A stretch of 64,000 nucleotides of DNA from Patescibacteria group bacterium (GTDB lineage Bacteria > Patescibacteriota > Microgenomatia > UBA12405). Location of the stretch: the NCBI GenBank assembly GCA_013387215.1, contig WARW01000001.1:12735-76734 (forward strand), in the 5' to 3' direction. Below the pieces are notes generated by a model. It searched no databases. It had not been told where the DNA came from and saw only the letters and a program-made list of their open reading frames with translations. The translations under genes were made by a program, and so were the position numbers. Every line of letters begins with the position of its first letter. The stretch's first letter is position 1. Below are positions 36,867 to 45,415 of the stretch, piece by piece.

Positions 36867-38213
36867 TTAAATATCAATCGAAATCTTTTGATCTCGATCA
36901 GGGCCAACTGAAATTAAACCGATAGGAACGCCTAATTGTCCCTCGATATACTCCAGTAAGCTTCTAGTTTTAGAAGGTAAGTCTAAATAATTTTTGATAT
37001 TTGAAATATCATCTTCCCATCCTGGAAGGGTAGTGTAGACAGGCTGGCAGTTCCAAAGCAATTTCGACATTACTTCATCCTGCTTTTGCAGTTTCACTCC
37101 TACAATCTGATTATTGGGCCCGAAATCAAAGTATTTGTTTAAGGTTTCTTCGCTCTCTTTGCCGATATATCGGTAAGAATTTGCAAATTTGATTTCTTTT
37201 AAACCAGACATTTTGTCCAAGCAGGACACTACCAGTTTGTCGATTCTTTTGTTCACTTGAAGCGAATATCTAAGCAGTACAAAATCTAGCCAGCCTTGTC
37301 TGACAAATCTTTGCCAAGGAGTATAAACGTTATGAGTTTCTTCCAGATTTAAGTTTTCATCTACTGTTGGAAATGGTCCTGCCCCATGTCGGACACTGTA
37401 TGGTCTTAATAATCCTAGTATAACCGCTTCTTTTTCTCCAAGAAGTTCCAATGCATTAGCTATGGATGTCCTAGTCTGGGTGATATTTGGTTTAAAACCA
37501 TAATCGCAATCCAAAATTGTGCCCTGAGCTGCCTCAAAAATATTATTTTGAGTTTGGATTATCTTTTGTATTTCTTCATCACTTAAAATACCCACCCTTT
37601 TGGTAAGTTCCAAATAAATTTTAGCCAATCCTTTTGGTGAGTACATTTCAAACTCTTCTAAAAGTATTTTTGTTTCTTCGTTACTGGCTAGCTGTTCTAT
37701 CTGGTCAAGTTTTAACATCTTTAGTGTTTTTAGCTTGTATTCCAGATCAGGTCTCAACAGATCTTTCGCTCTAATACTAAATGCAGGATTTGTCCTTTCA
37801 TCTATAACCGTTTCTCCAACACCTCTTCCGCAAGTTCCTTTTTTGGTTGTTCTTAGTATTTCTTTTATCTTTCCGCAGATTATTTGGTAGGGGGTAATTA
37901 CTAAAGAGTTTTCTGATATCAATAATTTTTCAAATGGATCAGAAATACCCTTAGTTTCTAGTTTTTCTCCCTCTACCAAAATTCCGATTGGATCAATCAA
38001 AGTAAACTTTGAAATTATAGTTTTTAAACCAACAAAGGTTCCGGATCCGAATTGGGAAAAGGTGTGGTGGATCCCACTCGACACCACATTGTGAGCACAC
38101 TGAGATCCACCGCAATATCTGACCACATTTCCTCCATATTTTGAGGCTAAAAAATCAACCATTGATCCTTTACATTCGTCACCTTTATCTAGGCCCACAG
38201 TTATCCAATCCAT
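36867..38213 (-). CDS. Adenylosuccinate synthetase (PurA)-family protein, paralog 2 (closer to canonical)
   Basis: GLDKGDECKGSMVD (P-loop GDEGKGK), CGGSQCAHNV (GGHNAGHT), TCGRGVGETV (TTGRGIGP), VRHGAGPFPTVDE (RVGAGPFPTE). Confidence 0.7.
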   Translation of the reverse strand: MDWITVGLDKGDECKGSMVDFLASKYGGNVVRYCGGSQCAHNVVSSGIHHTFSQFGSGTFVGLKTIISKFTLIDPIGILVEGEKLETKGISDPFEKLLISENSLVITPYQIICGKIKEILRTTKKGTCGRGVGETVIDERTNPAFSIRAKDLLRPDLEYKLKTLKMLKLDQIEQLASNEETKILLEEFEMYSPKGLAKIYLELTKRVGILSDEEIQKIIQTQNNIFEAAQGTILDCDYGFKPNITQTRTSIANALELLGEKEAVILGLLRPYSVRHGAGPFPTVDENLNLEETHNVYTPWQRFVRQGWLDFVLLRYSLQVNKRIDKLVVSCLDKMSGLKEIKFANSYRYIGKESEETLNKYFDFGPNNQIVGVKLQKQDEVMSKLLWNCQPVYTTLPGWEDDISNIKNYLDLPSKTRSLLEYIEGQLGVPIGLISVGPDRDQKISIDI

Positions 38214-38214
38214 C

Positions 38215-39762
38215 TTAAAGTCTCCTTGTCTTTGACCCTGTTGTCTTGTTTACAGGTTTATTGTCGGGCATTTTCATATCGACTGTAATTTCTGGCACCA
38301 AACTATTGTCCAGTGGCCTTAAAGCAGTTTCGATGTCATTTTGCCGTTCTATGGTTTGATCTCTATCACGCATATCCTTGATGTAGTCTGACAATTCTCG
38401 GCCTCCGTATCTTGCCAAAACTCCGATAATCAAATCAACAATTCCTTTTGGATCTTTCAATCTTAAAACATGATCCTCGGGAATTACCGATGACCATTGC
38501 GCCACGATCACGTCGTCTTGGTAGTTAGCATATTTATCCTTTGTTTCCGTTATTCTTTGTTCTGGATCATAATCAAACTCCAGAATTAGTATATTACTGT
38601 TTTCCCTTGTCTTATAAGCTGGCATTACCTTTTCAAAATGCTGTATTTCACCATTGATTTCAACTTCCACAGTAAACTGTGTTTCTATACTTTCTGATTG
38701 GTGAAAAGCATAGTTTTGAACATACACTTTATAGTGTCCTTTTCTGGCTCTGCCTTTTTCCCATCTGATATTTTCCACAGGTTTTGTTGTTTCCCCGTGC
38801 ACATTCATATCTACATCCAAAAAACCTCCACACGGAGCCTTTTTGTTCTCACTTGGATAGTAAATATGAAAACCAGATGGGGTAATCACATGTAAGTCCA
38901 AGTCATTGGTGTTGTGCCAAATCAGTGAAACCCTAATATCGACTCCCTCATACAAGCCCCCGGCTCTTTCGACTCTCTTTTTGATCTCATTATCAATATC
39001 AGTTTTTCTTTTTTCCCATGTTTTTTGCGGGAAAATAAAGAATACTTCATATTTATCCTGAAGATCAGCAAAAACTTTCTTTGAGTCTAGGTCTTCGGGA
39101 ATATCATCGCCGATTATTCTTTTGACTTCATCTTTCGATACTTTGTCATAAAATCCTTCATCGCCAATGAAAAAAAGATAACCTTTTTCTCCGCGGTCAT
39201 TAGCCTCCAACGTTGAGTGATAAGCATAAAAATAACCCATCAATTCATAGGATTCTTGCCCGGTGCCGCCGCCGCCTTTTTCTGGCCACATGCATGAAAG
39301 CACTTCATCAATTTTGTCGTCATAATAAAATTTGCCGACTTGAATTGGTGCTTTGTCAAACTTAGCGTCGCCCAAACCAGCAAAACTAATCACTGGATTA
39401 AGAACGTAGCCCTTCATATTTATTTGGCCAATGAGCATTGGGACTTTTTTGTCGATTATTTCAATATCCTTTCCGCGTGAATCGGTAAAATCTGAAACCA
39501 CTACGATTGGTGTTACTTTTGCTGCTATGTTACGGATAAAATCCAAACACTGTCGAAATGCATTTTTTGGATCAAGACTAGCATGAACCACTCTTTCTTT
39601 TGTAGCATTTTTACCCACCACATCATATTGATATTCTGTATTCACACTGCTTGTTCCCACGCTTCTTTCGTAAAAAACCATATCAGATGGTCCATCGCCG
39701 TCTCCGCCTCCCATTAAAAATGGTGCCAAAAAAGCACAACGCAGTATTCTTAAAAATTTCAT
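38215..39762 (-). CDS. vWA domain protein with additional C-terminal beta-rich domain (possibly TerD-like, acidic Ca-binding-like motif)
   Basis: MIDAS-variant VVVSDFTDS and LFFIGDEGFYD (vWA beta4 hhhhTDG motif). The C-terminal segment DLDLHVITP...IYYP...GGFLDVDMN...PVENIRW resembles the TerD pattern. Uncertain. Confidence 0.5.
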   Translation of the reverse strand: MKFLRILRCAFLAPFLMGGGDGDGPSDMVFYERSVGTSSVNTEYQYDVVGKNATKERVVHASLDPKNAFRQCLDFIRNIAAKVTPIVVVSDFTDSRGKDIEIIDKKVPMLIGQINMKGYVLNPVISFAGLGDAKFDKAPIQVGKFYYDDKIDEVLSCMWPEKGGGGTGQESYELMGYFYAYHSTLEANDRGEKGYLFFIGDEGFYDKVSKDEVKRIIGDDIPEDLDSKKVFADLQDKYEVFFIFPQKTWEKRKTDIDNEIKKRVERAGGLYEGVDIRVSLIWHNTNDLDLHVITPSGFHIYYPSENKKAPCGGFLDVDMNVHGETTKPVENIRWEKGRARKGHYKVYVQNYAFHQSESIETQFTVEVEINGEIQHFEKVMPAYKTRENSNILILEFDYDPEQRITETKDKYANYQDDVIVAQWSSVIPEDHVLRLKDPKGIVDLIIGVLARYGGRELSDYIKDMRDRDQTIERQNDIETALRPLDNSLVPEITVDMKMPDNKPVNKTTGSKTRRL

Positions 39763-39785
39763 TTTAAAAACCCCTTTCCTTATTC

Positions 39786-40739
39786 TTAAAATTCAAACAC
39801 TTGGAATCCGATATCTCCCCATATTTCTTTCCTCAATTCGTACAGTTTTTTTGCCATATCCCATGCATCCCTAGCCCTTTGTATTGGACTGGAGATTAAA
39901 AAGTTTTCTATAAATCTTTGGAATCGGGGGTCAACAGTATCAGGAAGACTATTATCCTCAAGATTGCCACCCAAAAGGTAAATCATACATTTACCAATGG
40001 AATACATATCTGAAGATTCTTTTGGTTCGTCTTTTTTCTGCACCTCCGGAGCGCTGTAATCATCATTTACTGCCCTAAAACCAGCCTTATTTATTGAAGC
40101 ATAACTCCAATCAATCAAACAGGCATTATGGTCATCTTTATGATTAGTCAGCAAATCCACAGGTTTTATGAGAATGTGTGCCGGTTCAATATTGCAATGA
40201 AATATTCCTTTACTATGGGCATATCCCACTGCTGCTAAAATTCGGCACAGCATCCAGGCGGCATGATAATCGGGAACTCCCGACACATACAATGGATGTT
40301 CTCTGATTTGGTTAAGGTTGAAACCCTCAAACTTCTGAAGAATTATCCCCACCGTCTTTTCTTTTGTTTTAAATCTATCCAGGAATTTTGGCAAATGAAC
40401 TTGGTTTTGGTTTTCTTCTGCAAATAATGCATTTAAGATTTTTATCTCATTATTTGCAAACTTATTGTCGATTTCTTCTTTGATTACTTTAACAATGATG
40501 TTTATGCTTTCGCTTTCATTGGCAAAATAACCCTCATAAATCATCGACAAGTCGCCCTCACCAATAACTTTGTTGACGTGGTATTCACGATTTTTAATCG
40601 TTATTACCCAGTCCAGTTTCTCAGATTCATTTGTTGCATTTGAAGCCCCTAAAACTACACCAGTCAACCAGCTTTGAGGATTTTTTTCATCCATTTTTAT
40701 CACCCTTTCTTTATTAATCAGTTTCGATTTTGATATCAA
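39786..40739 (-). CDS. Hanks-type protein-kinase-like protein, probable pseudokinase
   Basis: Gly-rich loop VIGEGDLSMIYEG, VAIK-like IIVKVIK, catalytic-loop HCNIEPAHILI (HRD Asp replaced by Asn), DFG-like IDWSYA, APE motif YSAPEV. The likely start is M at 40694, giving N-terminus MDEKNPQSWLTGVVLG. Confidence 0.55.
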   Translation of the reverse strand: MISKSKLINKERVIKMDEKNPQSWLTGVVLGASNATNESEKLDWVITIKNREYHVNKVIGEGDLSMIYEGYFANESESINIIVKVIKEEIDNKFANNEIKILNALFAEENQNQVHLPKFLDRFKTKEKTVGIILQKFEGFNLNQIREHPLYVSGVPDYHAAWMLCRILAAVGYAHSKGIFHCNIEPAHILIKPVDLLTNHKDDHNACLIDWSYASINKAGFRAVNDDYSAPEVQKKDEPKESSDMYSIGKCMIYLLGGNLEDNSLPDTVDPRFQRFIENFLISSPIQRARDAWDMAKKLYELRKEIWGDIGFQVFEF

Positions 40740-41319
40740 ACTTTTGCTTTTCTATACACAGCTTTTGAGCAATTTCCACCTGGTCGTAAAAATTCTTTTT
40801 TATTATTTTTTCATTCATCCCAAATTCTTCTACATCCCTTTTAATCCTCCTTTCCAATCTCGTTTTTGAACTCGCCGACATAAAAATATTTACTTTTTGC
40901 TCAAGATTTCCAATAGCTTCGCTGATCATTGAAGCATATAATCCTTCAACGATAATGTATTTTTGGGAAACTATCGCTTTTGTACCTACTCTCATGTTTG
41001 TTCTAATATCGTAATCAGGAAACATAACTTCTTTTTCTACTGAAAGTTTTTTGATATAACCTTTCATTTCTTCAATATGATAAGAGCTTGGCATATCAAA
41101 CGATCGATAACCGCTTATTATTGGCAAAGAATTATCGTTTTTGTTTTTAAAGCAATCATCCATTTCTACAACCACACTCTCATCATTCAAAAACTCTTTA
41201 AGTAATTTAGCTAAATATGTTTTGCCTGAACAACTGCCGCCGCTGATAAAAATAAAATAGGGGAAAACTGAAGCCTCTTTAATTTTGCTTATTAACCAAT
41301 CTACATTCAAATCAATCAC
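40714..41319 (-). CDS. P-loop nucleoside/nucleotide kinase-like protein (uridine kinase / PRK family)
   Basis: Walker A FISGGSCSGKTYLAKLL resembles the uridine kinase motif GIAGGSGSGKTT. Confidence 0.55.
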   Translation of the reverse strand: MIDLNVDWLISKIKEASVFPYFIFISGGSCSGKTYLAKLLKEFLNDESVVVEMDDCFKNKNDNSLPIISGYRSFDMPSSYHIEEMKGYIKKLSVEKEVMFPDYDIRTNMRVGTKAIVSQKYIIVEGLYASMISEAIGNLEQKVNIFMSASSKTRLERRIKRDVEEFGMNEKIIKKNFYDQVEIAQKLCIEKQKFDIKIETD

Positions 41320-41468
41320 TTCCTTTCTAAAATTAGTTTTTAAAGTGCTGTCATCATAAAATCTTGCGATTTTTACAATGCGACCGATTGTAACATTTAC
41401 AAGCTAATTCCTCAAAGTTTTGGCTTATTTATCTTGGAAATTAAATTTAGTCTCACTCAAAGCTGGAT

Positions 41469-41939
41469 TTACTGTTTTATTCTCTTGCAAAAATTATCAA
41501 ACTTTTCTTGATAAATTTTTTTGTCTTTTAATTCTTTTGTATTCCACCCTTCAAAAATATCAATCTTTTTATCTACCAATTTTTGCAAGCTAGCCACTGT
41601 TTTCTCTGGTTTAGTATCGCCGGAAGTAATAAAAATTATTACTTTTTTAAATTGTTTTTTAAATTTATCAATATAAGTCCTTACTGCTGGAGTTGAATTC
41701 CAACCCCATACTGGTGTGCCGACAATAACGACATCATAATCTTTTGGATCTTTACAGGTTTTTATTTCAGTTAAATATTCTTTCATTCCATCTCTTCCGC
41801 TCAAAAGCCAGCCTTTTATTCCGCTTCTGTCTTTTAAATCGATTATTTCATCAACATCTGCTTTTAAATTTTCAGCCAAATCCAAAGCTACCCTTTTAGT
41901 ATTTCCTGTTTTTGAATAATAGGTGATTAAGTATTTCAT
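41469..41939 (-). CDS. Flavodoxin
   Basis: Signature MKYLITYYSKTGNTKRVA (T/SxTGxT FMN-phosphate loop). About 156 aa. Confidence 0.8.
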   Translation of the reverse strand: MKYLITYYSKTGNTKRVALDLAENLKADVDEIIDLKDRSGIKGWLLSGRDGMKEYLTEIKTCKDPKDYDVVIVGTPVWGWNSTPAVRTYIDKFKKQFKKVIIFITSGDTKPEKTVASLQKLVDKKIDIFEGWNTKELKDKKIYQEKFDNFCKRIKQ

Positions 41940-42061
41940 AACTTTATTTTACCTTAACTTTCTACGCATCTATCGACTCAATTGATCTGAATGATCATAT
42001 ATGATACATTACTTCACTCGCATGGTTGTGAGAATTTGCACCTTAAAAAGGAGAAAGACGC

Positions 42062-43120
42062 ATGAATAAATTGTTTGATTTTGAAGCGCATCCGCAAGCT
42101 GCTTGGCTAACCACCAACAGAGATTGTGATGCCAGGTGTCCACATTGTTATGCCCAAGGAACTCATTATGATCCTGCTGATGATATGACTATCGAAACTG
42201 CCAAATCACTTCTGGCTTTACTTGTTAGTATCGACATAAAGCTTGTCACTACTTTAGGAGGAGAGCCGCTGCTTTGGAAGCCGTTGTTGGAATTCAATCG
42301 GATTGCCAAAAGCTTGGGTATTACTACCAAAATGGCAACAAATGCATTTCGTTTTGGTGATAATGAATTTTGGCAAAGATATCTAAAAAATCCTTGTGAT
42401 TCCGTCGGTATCTCTATCAAAGGAGTCGGCGCCGAAATGCTCAAAAGATTGGCTAATGTCACAGATTATGAAAAAGCTGAAAAAGGTATTAAACGAGCCA
42501 TGAATTTTTACAAAAATGGCGTTGGTACGGTTTTTAGCAGCTTGATGACTCTCGACGACCTGTGGAAAATTGCCGAAACTACCCACGAATGGGGAGCAAA
42601 AACATTTTCCATTGGATTTGCCTGTGCCACTTTGGACTCAGAAGGTTGCCCTTCGAAGAAAAACTATATGATTAAGCTCGACAAAATCGAGGAGTTCATC
42701 CAAGTATACGAAAGAATCGATGAGCTTTTTGAAGGCAGTGTTGGTTTTGAACCCCAGCTTCCGTTTTGTTTATTCAGGGAAGATTTTATTGATAAGTTGA
42801 TTGATAAGGGTCAGCTGTCGAATGGTTGTTTTGTCAACAGCCGCGGCGGATTTACCTTCGATAAAGATGGTAATGTTTTGATCTGCAACTCGATTTATCA
42901 TGAACCTATCGGAAGAATCGGCAAAGATTTCACCGATGGCTCCACCCTGATTAATCATCTTAATAGTGAACCTATCAAAGATATTTTCAGGGAGCTTTTG
43001 CGTTATCCGTCCGATGTTTGCCTGGCCTGCCGCTACAACAAATACTGTCGTGGAGGCTGTGTTATCAATTGGACTGCTTTAACGCCAGACATATTACAGC
43101 CTGTTTTAAAGGAGGTGTAA
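42062..43120 (+). CDS. Radical SAM enzyme with C-terminal SPASM domain (peptide-modifying maturase)
   Basis: CxxxCxxC CDARCPHC. SPASM Cys cluster CFVNSRGG...ICNS...CLACRYNKYCRGGC. Confidence 0.85.
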   Translation: MNKLFDFEAHPQAAWLTTNRDCDARCPHCYAQGTHYDPADDMTIETAKSLLALLVSIDIKLVTTLGGEPLLWKPLLEFNRIAKSLGITTKMATNAFRFGDNEFWQRYLKNPCDSVGISIKGVGAEMLKRLANVTDYEKAEKGIKRAMNFYKNGVGTVFSSLMTLDDLWKIAETTHEWGAKTFSIGFACATLDSEGCPSKKNYMIKLDKIEEFIQVYERIDELFEGSVGFEPQLPFCLFREDFIDKLIDKGQLSNGCFVNSRGGFTFDKDGNVLICNSIYHEPIGRIGKDFTDGSTLINHLNSEPIKDIFRELLRYPSDVCLACRYNKYCRGGCVINWTALTPDILQPVLKEV

Positions 43121-43122
43121 TC

Positions 43123-43368
43123 ATGGATAAATTTTTAAACAGTTTAAACAAAATTGGTTCGAAAGAAACCGAACCTGTCCAACCCTTATCTCCAACCTGT
43201 GCCAAATCCCATTGCGCTTGTGAACATTGCGAATGTCAATGTCAGTGTCAATGCCAATGCAGCCCGAGTCAAAAAGATATCGAAGATATTGTCAAAAAAA
43301 CAGTCAAAGAAGTTAGTAAGGAACAGAAAAAAGACAATAATAACGATAACAACGATAACAACAAATGA
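43123..43368 (+). CDS. Cys-repeat precursor peptide (putative RiPP core, or metal-binding peptide). Starts 2 nt after the rSAM stop.
   Basis: MDKFLNSLNKIGSKETEPVQPLSPT leader-like N-terminus, then CAKSHCACEHCECQCQCQCQCS (9 Cys, CxC repeats), then a Lys/Asn/Asp-rich tail. Confidence 0.55.
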   Translation: MDKFLNSLNKIGSKETEPVQPLSPTCAKSHCACEHCECQCQCQCQCSPSQKDIEDIVKKTVKEVSKEQKKDNNNDNNDNNK

Positions 43369-43375
43369 ATTACGG

Positions 43376-43412
43376 GCCCACCCGCTGAATCTATGAGACC
43401 AGCGGGTTTTTT
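43376..43412 (+). terminator. Rho-independent terminator
   Basis: cccgctgaatctatgagaccagcggg followed by a T9 run. Confidence 0.7.
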
Positions 43413-43454
43413 TTTTGCCCAAAATCAGGAAATTTATTACAAAATGCAATTTTG

Positions 43455-43538
43455 CGGAGAGAGAGGGACTCGAACCCCCAAGCCCTTGCGGGCGGCAACT
43501 TTCGAGGTTGCTGCCTTACCAATTCGGCGCATCTCTCC
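43455..43538 (-). tRNA. tRNA-Ser (anticodon CGA), long variable arm
   Basis: Reverse complement reads GGAGAGATGCGCCGAATTGGTAAGGCAGCAACCTCGAAAGTTGC...GGGGTTCGAGTCCCTCTCTCTCCG. Anticodon loop CTCGAAA. Confidence 0.75.
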
Positions 43539-43563
43539 AAAGAAGATTACAGGGAAACTGCTG

Positions 43564-43635
43564 TGCGCCTACCAGGAATCGAACCTGGATCAACGGTTCC
43601 GCAAACCGCTATTCTATCCATTAAACTATAAGCGC
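43564..43635 (-). tRNA. tRNA-Arg (anticodon GCG)
   Basis: Reverse complement reads GCGCTTATAGTTTAATGGATAGAATAGCGGTTTGCGGAACCGTTGATCCAGGTTCGATTCCTGGTAGGCGCA. Anticodon loop TTGCGGA. Confidence 0.7.
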
Positions 43636-43671
43636 GAATAATCAGTGAATTATATCAGACAATCCTCTCTA

Positions 43672-44232
43672 TTACTTTTTCTCTTCTTTATTTTCCAAAG
43701 GCAACCTGTCGGCAAACCATTTGCTGACTTTATCAACGAAAGTAGGTGAACTTTCCAGCATTGGGATTCTTTTAACTATCAGAGTTTTAATCTTTTCTTT
43801 ATCTTTAGGATCAATCACTAAAGAAATTTGTCTTGGAAATCTTAAATTTGTTTCAAACTGCAAAAGTTCGCTGTTTAAGCTGCTTTTAAACCAAAATCTT
43901 AGCAATAATTCCCATTCATATCTTAATTCGCCAAAATAAACCGCCCTGTTGGTAATTTTATTTTTAATATTTCTTGGCGGAACAGTCGAAAGAACATAAT
44001 ACAAAAAAAGAACCGATATTAAGGCAATAATTAAGAAAAACTCTTTGATGAACATTAAAATAACAGCTGTTAAAACTAAAATTGCAATCACTGTAATCCA
44101 AAAATCCTTATCTCTGGTTTTGAACGATCTTTCGGCAGCTTCCCATTCAAACCATACTTTTTCTTCATTAAGGTCAATATCTCTCAGACTTTCATTTGGT
44201 GATATTTCTTGCGGATCATTTTTTACAGCCAT
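43672..44232 (-). CDS. Hypothetical membrane protein (2 TM)
   Basis: ORF with hydrophobic helices (FWITVIAILVLTAVILMFI...). Confidence 0.4.
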   Translation of the reverse strand: MAVKNDPQEISPNESLRDIDLNEEKVWFEWEAAERSFKTRDKDFWITVIAILVLTAVILMFIKEFFLIIALISVLFLYYVLSTVPPRNIKNKITNRAVYFGELRYEWELLLRFWFKSSLNSELLQFETNLRFPRQISLVIDPKDKEKIKTLIVKRIPMLESSPTFVDKVSKWFADRLPLENKEEKK

Positions 44233-44284
44233 TTATTATTATAATAAAGCATTTGAGAAAAATTTGATATACTAAAAAGCACTA

Positions 44285-44367
44285 GGAAGGATGCGGCGAA
44301 TGGTAAGCCACAGGTTTGCTAAACCTGCGCCCGAAAGGACATGAGGGTTCGACTCCCTCTCCTTCCG
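44285..44367 (+). tRNA. tRNA-Ser (anticodon GCU), long variable arm
   Basis: GGAAGGATGCGGCGAATGGTAAGCCACAGGTTTGCTAAACCTG...GAGGGTTCGACTCCCTCTCCTTCCG. Anticodon loop TTGCTAA. Confidence 0.7.
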
Positions 44368-44374
44368 CTCAAAA

Positions 44375-44400
44375 TTAATCCCCGTTTGGGGATTTTTTTA
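44375..44400 (+). terminator. Rho-independent terminator after tRNA-Ser
   Basis: tccccgtttgggga followed by a T7 run. Confidence 0.6.
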
Positions 44401-44419
44401 TTCCCTTTAAGATATCCTC

Positions 44420-44707
44420 TTATTCAGCCTGTTTGCTTTTTTTCAAAAAACTCCACACTAAAAACGCGGAAAATATCATCGCCATAACCACAATTGAAAG
44501 AATATTGCTCAAAATTCCTTGTGTAATTCTTGGAAAAAATGCATTCAAATCCAAAATCCCAAAATAATTTAAATCTTGAAGCCCTCGATCTTTAAAACTT
44601 TTTATTATTAAAATTCCAATATGAATCAAAGCCGTAATTAAAACGAACTTCAAAAAACTGGAATATACATTTTTGCTGATTTTTAAAAACATATTTGAGA
44701 ATAACAC
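44420..44707 (-). CDS. Small membrane protein
   Basis: ORF with 2-3 TM helices. Confidence 0.35.
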   Translation of the reverse strand: MLFSNMFLKISKNVYSSFLKFVLITALIHIGILIIKSFKDRGLQDLNYFGILDLNAFFPRITQGILSNILSIVVMAMIFSAFLVWSFLKKSKQAE

Positions 44708-44776
44708 AACTTTAAACTAATCTCTTGACAAAAAAGTTAAATAGATCTAACATACAGTTAGAAATAATTAACAATT

Positions 44777-44968
44777 ATGAAAACAAAAATTAAAGAATAT
44801 CGAGCCAAAAACAATCTGACTCAATTGGAGCTAGCCGATAAGGTTGGTGTTCGCCGGGAAACAATTGTTTTTCTGGAACAGGGGAAATACAACCCCTCTC
44901 TAAAACTAGCCTATGATGTGGCTAAAGTCCTTAAAACATCTATAGATGAATTATTTATATTTGAATAA
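44777..44968 (+). CDS. XRE-family helix-turn-helix transcriptional regulator
   Basis: [39 protein letters not shown] (Cro/C1-type HTH). Confidence 0.75.
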   Translation: MKTKIKEYRAKNNLTQLELADKVGVRRETIVFLEQGKYNPSLKLAYDVAKVLKTSIDELFIFE

Positions 44969-44992
44969 AAATTATTTATTGAATTAAAAAAT

Positions 44993-45415
44993 ATGTTTGC
45001 AAATCCAAATTGGTTTAACCAAAGAAAATATAGTGGTTGGGGATTAACTCCTAACTGTTGGCAAGGTTGGCTTTATATGGCCGTTGCTATTTCGCCCTTA
45101 GTTATTTTAAGCAATTTAAGCTTGCCAGGTATGCTTTCTCCAATATTTATGTCTGTTTGGGCTTTTATTTTTATCGCTGATTTCATTGATATCTTCAGAA
45201 AAATTAAAAAAGATGAACGCGATTTGGCTCATGAGGCCATTGCCGAAAGAAATGCTATGTGGGTCATGATTGCCGCTTTGGGTGCTGGCATTGCCTACCA
45301 AGTTGCTGTCGGCATGATTAATAAAACTAATCAAGTTGACCCGGTAATTTTAGTTGCTCTTGCTGGTGCTGTTATCACTAAAGCCATTACTCATTTTTTT
45401 CTGAGGAATAGATAA
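44993..45415 (+). CDS. Membrane protein paired with the XRE regulator (4 TM)
   Basis: Hydrophobic helices. Immediately downstream of the HTH gene. Confidence 0.4.
   Translation: MFANPNWFNQRKYSGWGLTPNCWQGWLYMAVAISPLVILSNLSLPGMLSPIFMSVWAFIFIADFIDIFRKIKKDERDLAHEAIAERNAMWVMIAALGAGIAYQVAVGMINKTNQVDPVILVALAGAVITKAITHFFLRNR

Noticed and set aside
30839-38213. The PurA-like genes as PurZ of a Z-genome (2-aminoadenine) pathway
   Set aside because: No DatZ (HD dATPase), MazZ or DpoZ homologues are nearby, and there is no phage structural context. The analogy is kept only as a mechanistic precedent.
38215-39762. Confident assignment of the C-terminal domain of the 515-aa vWA protein as TerD
   Set aside because: Only a loose pattern resemblance (DLDLHV...IYYP...GGFLDVDMN...PVENI) can be seen by eye. 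Without a profile search this stays a tentative note, not a call.
43200-43370. Short tandem nucleotide repeats (tgtcaatgtcagtgtcaatgccaatgc; aataacgataacaacgataacaac) that could be mistaken for a microsatellite or mini-CRISPR
   Set aside because: They are in frame within the precursor-peptide ORF and encode the CQCQCQCQC and NNDNNDNNK segments. No spacer/repeat architecture is present.
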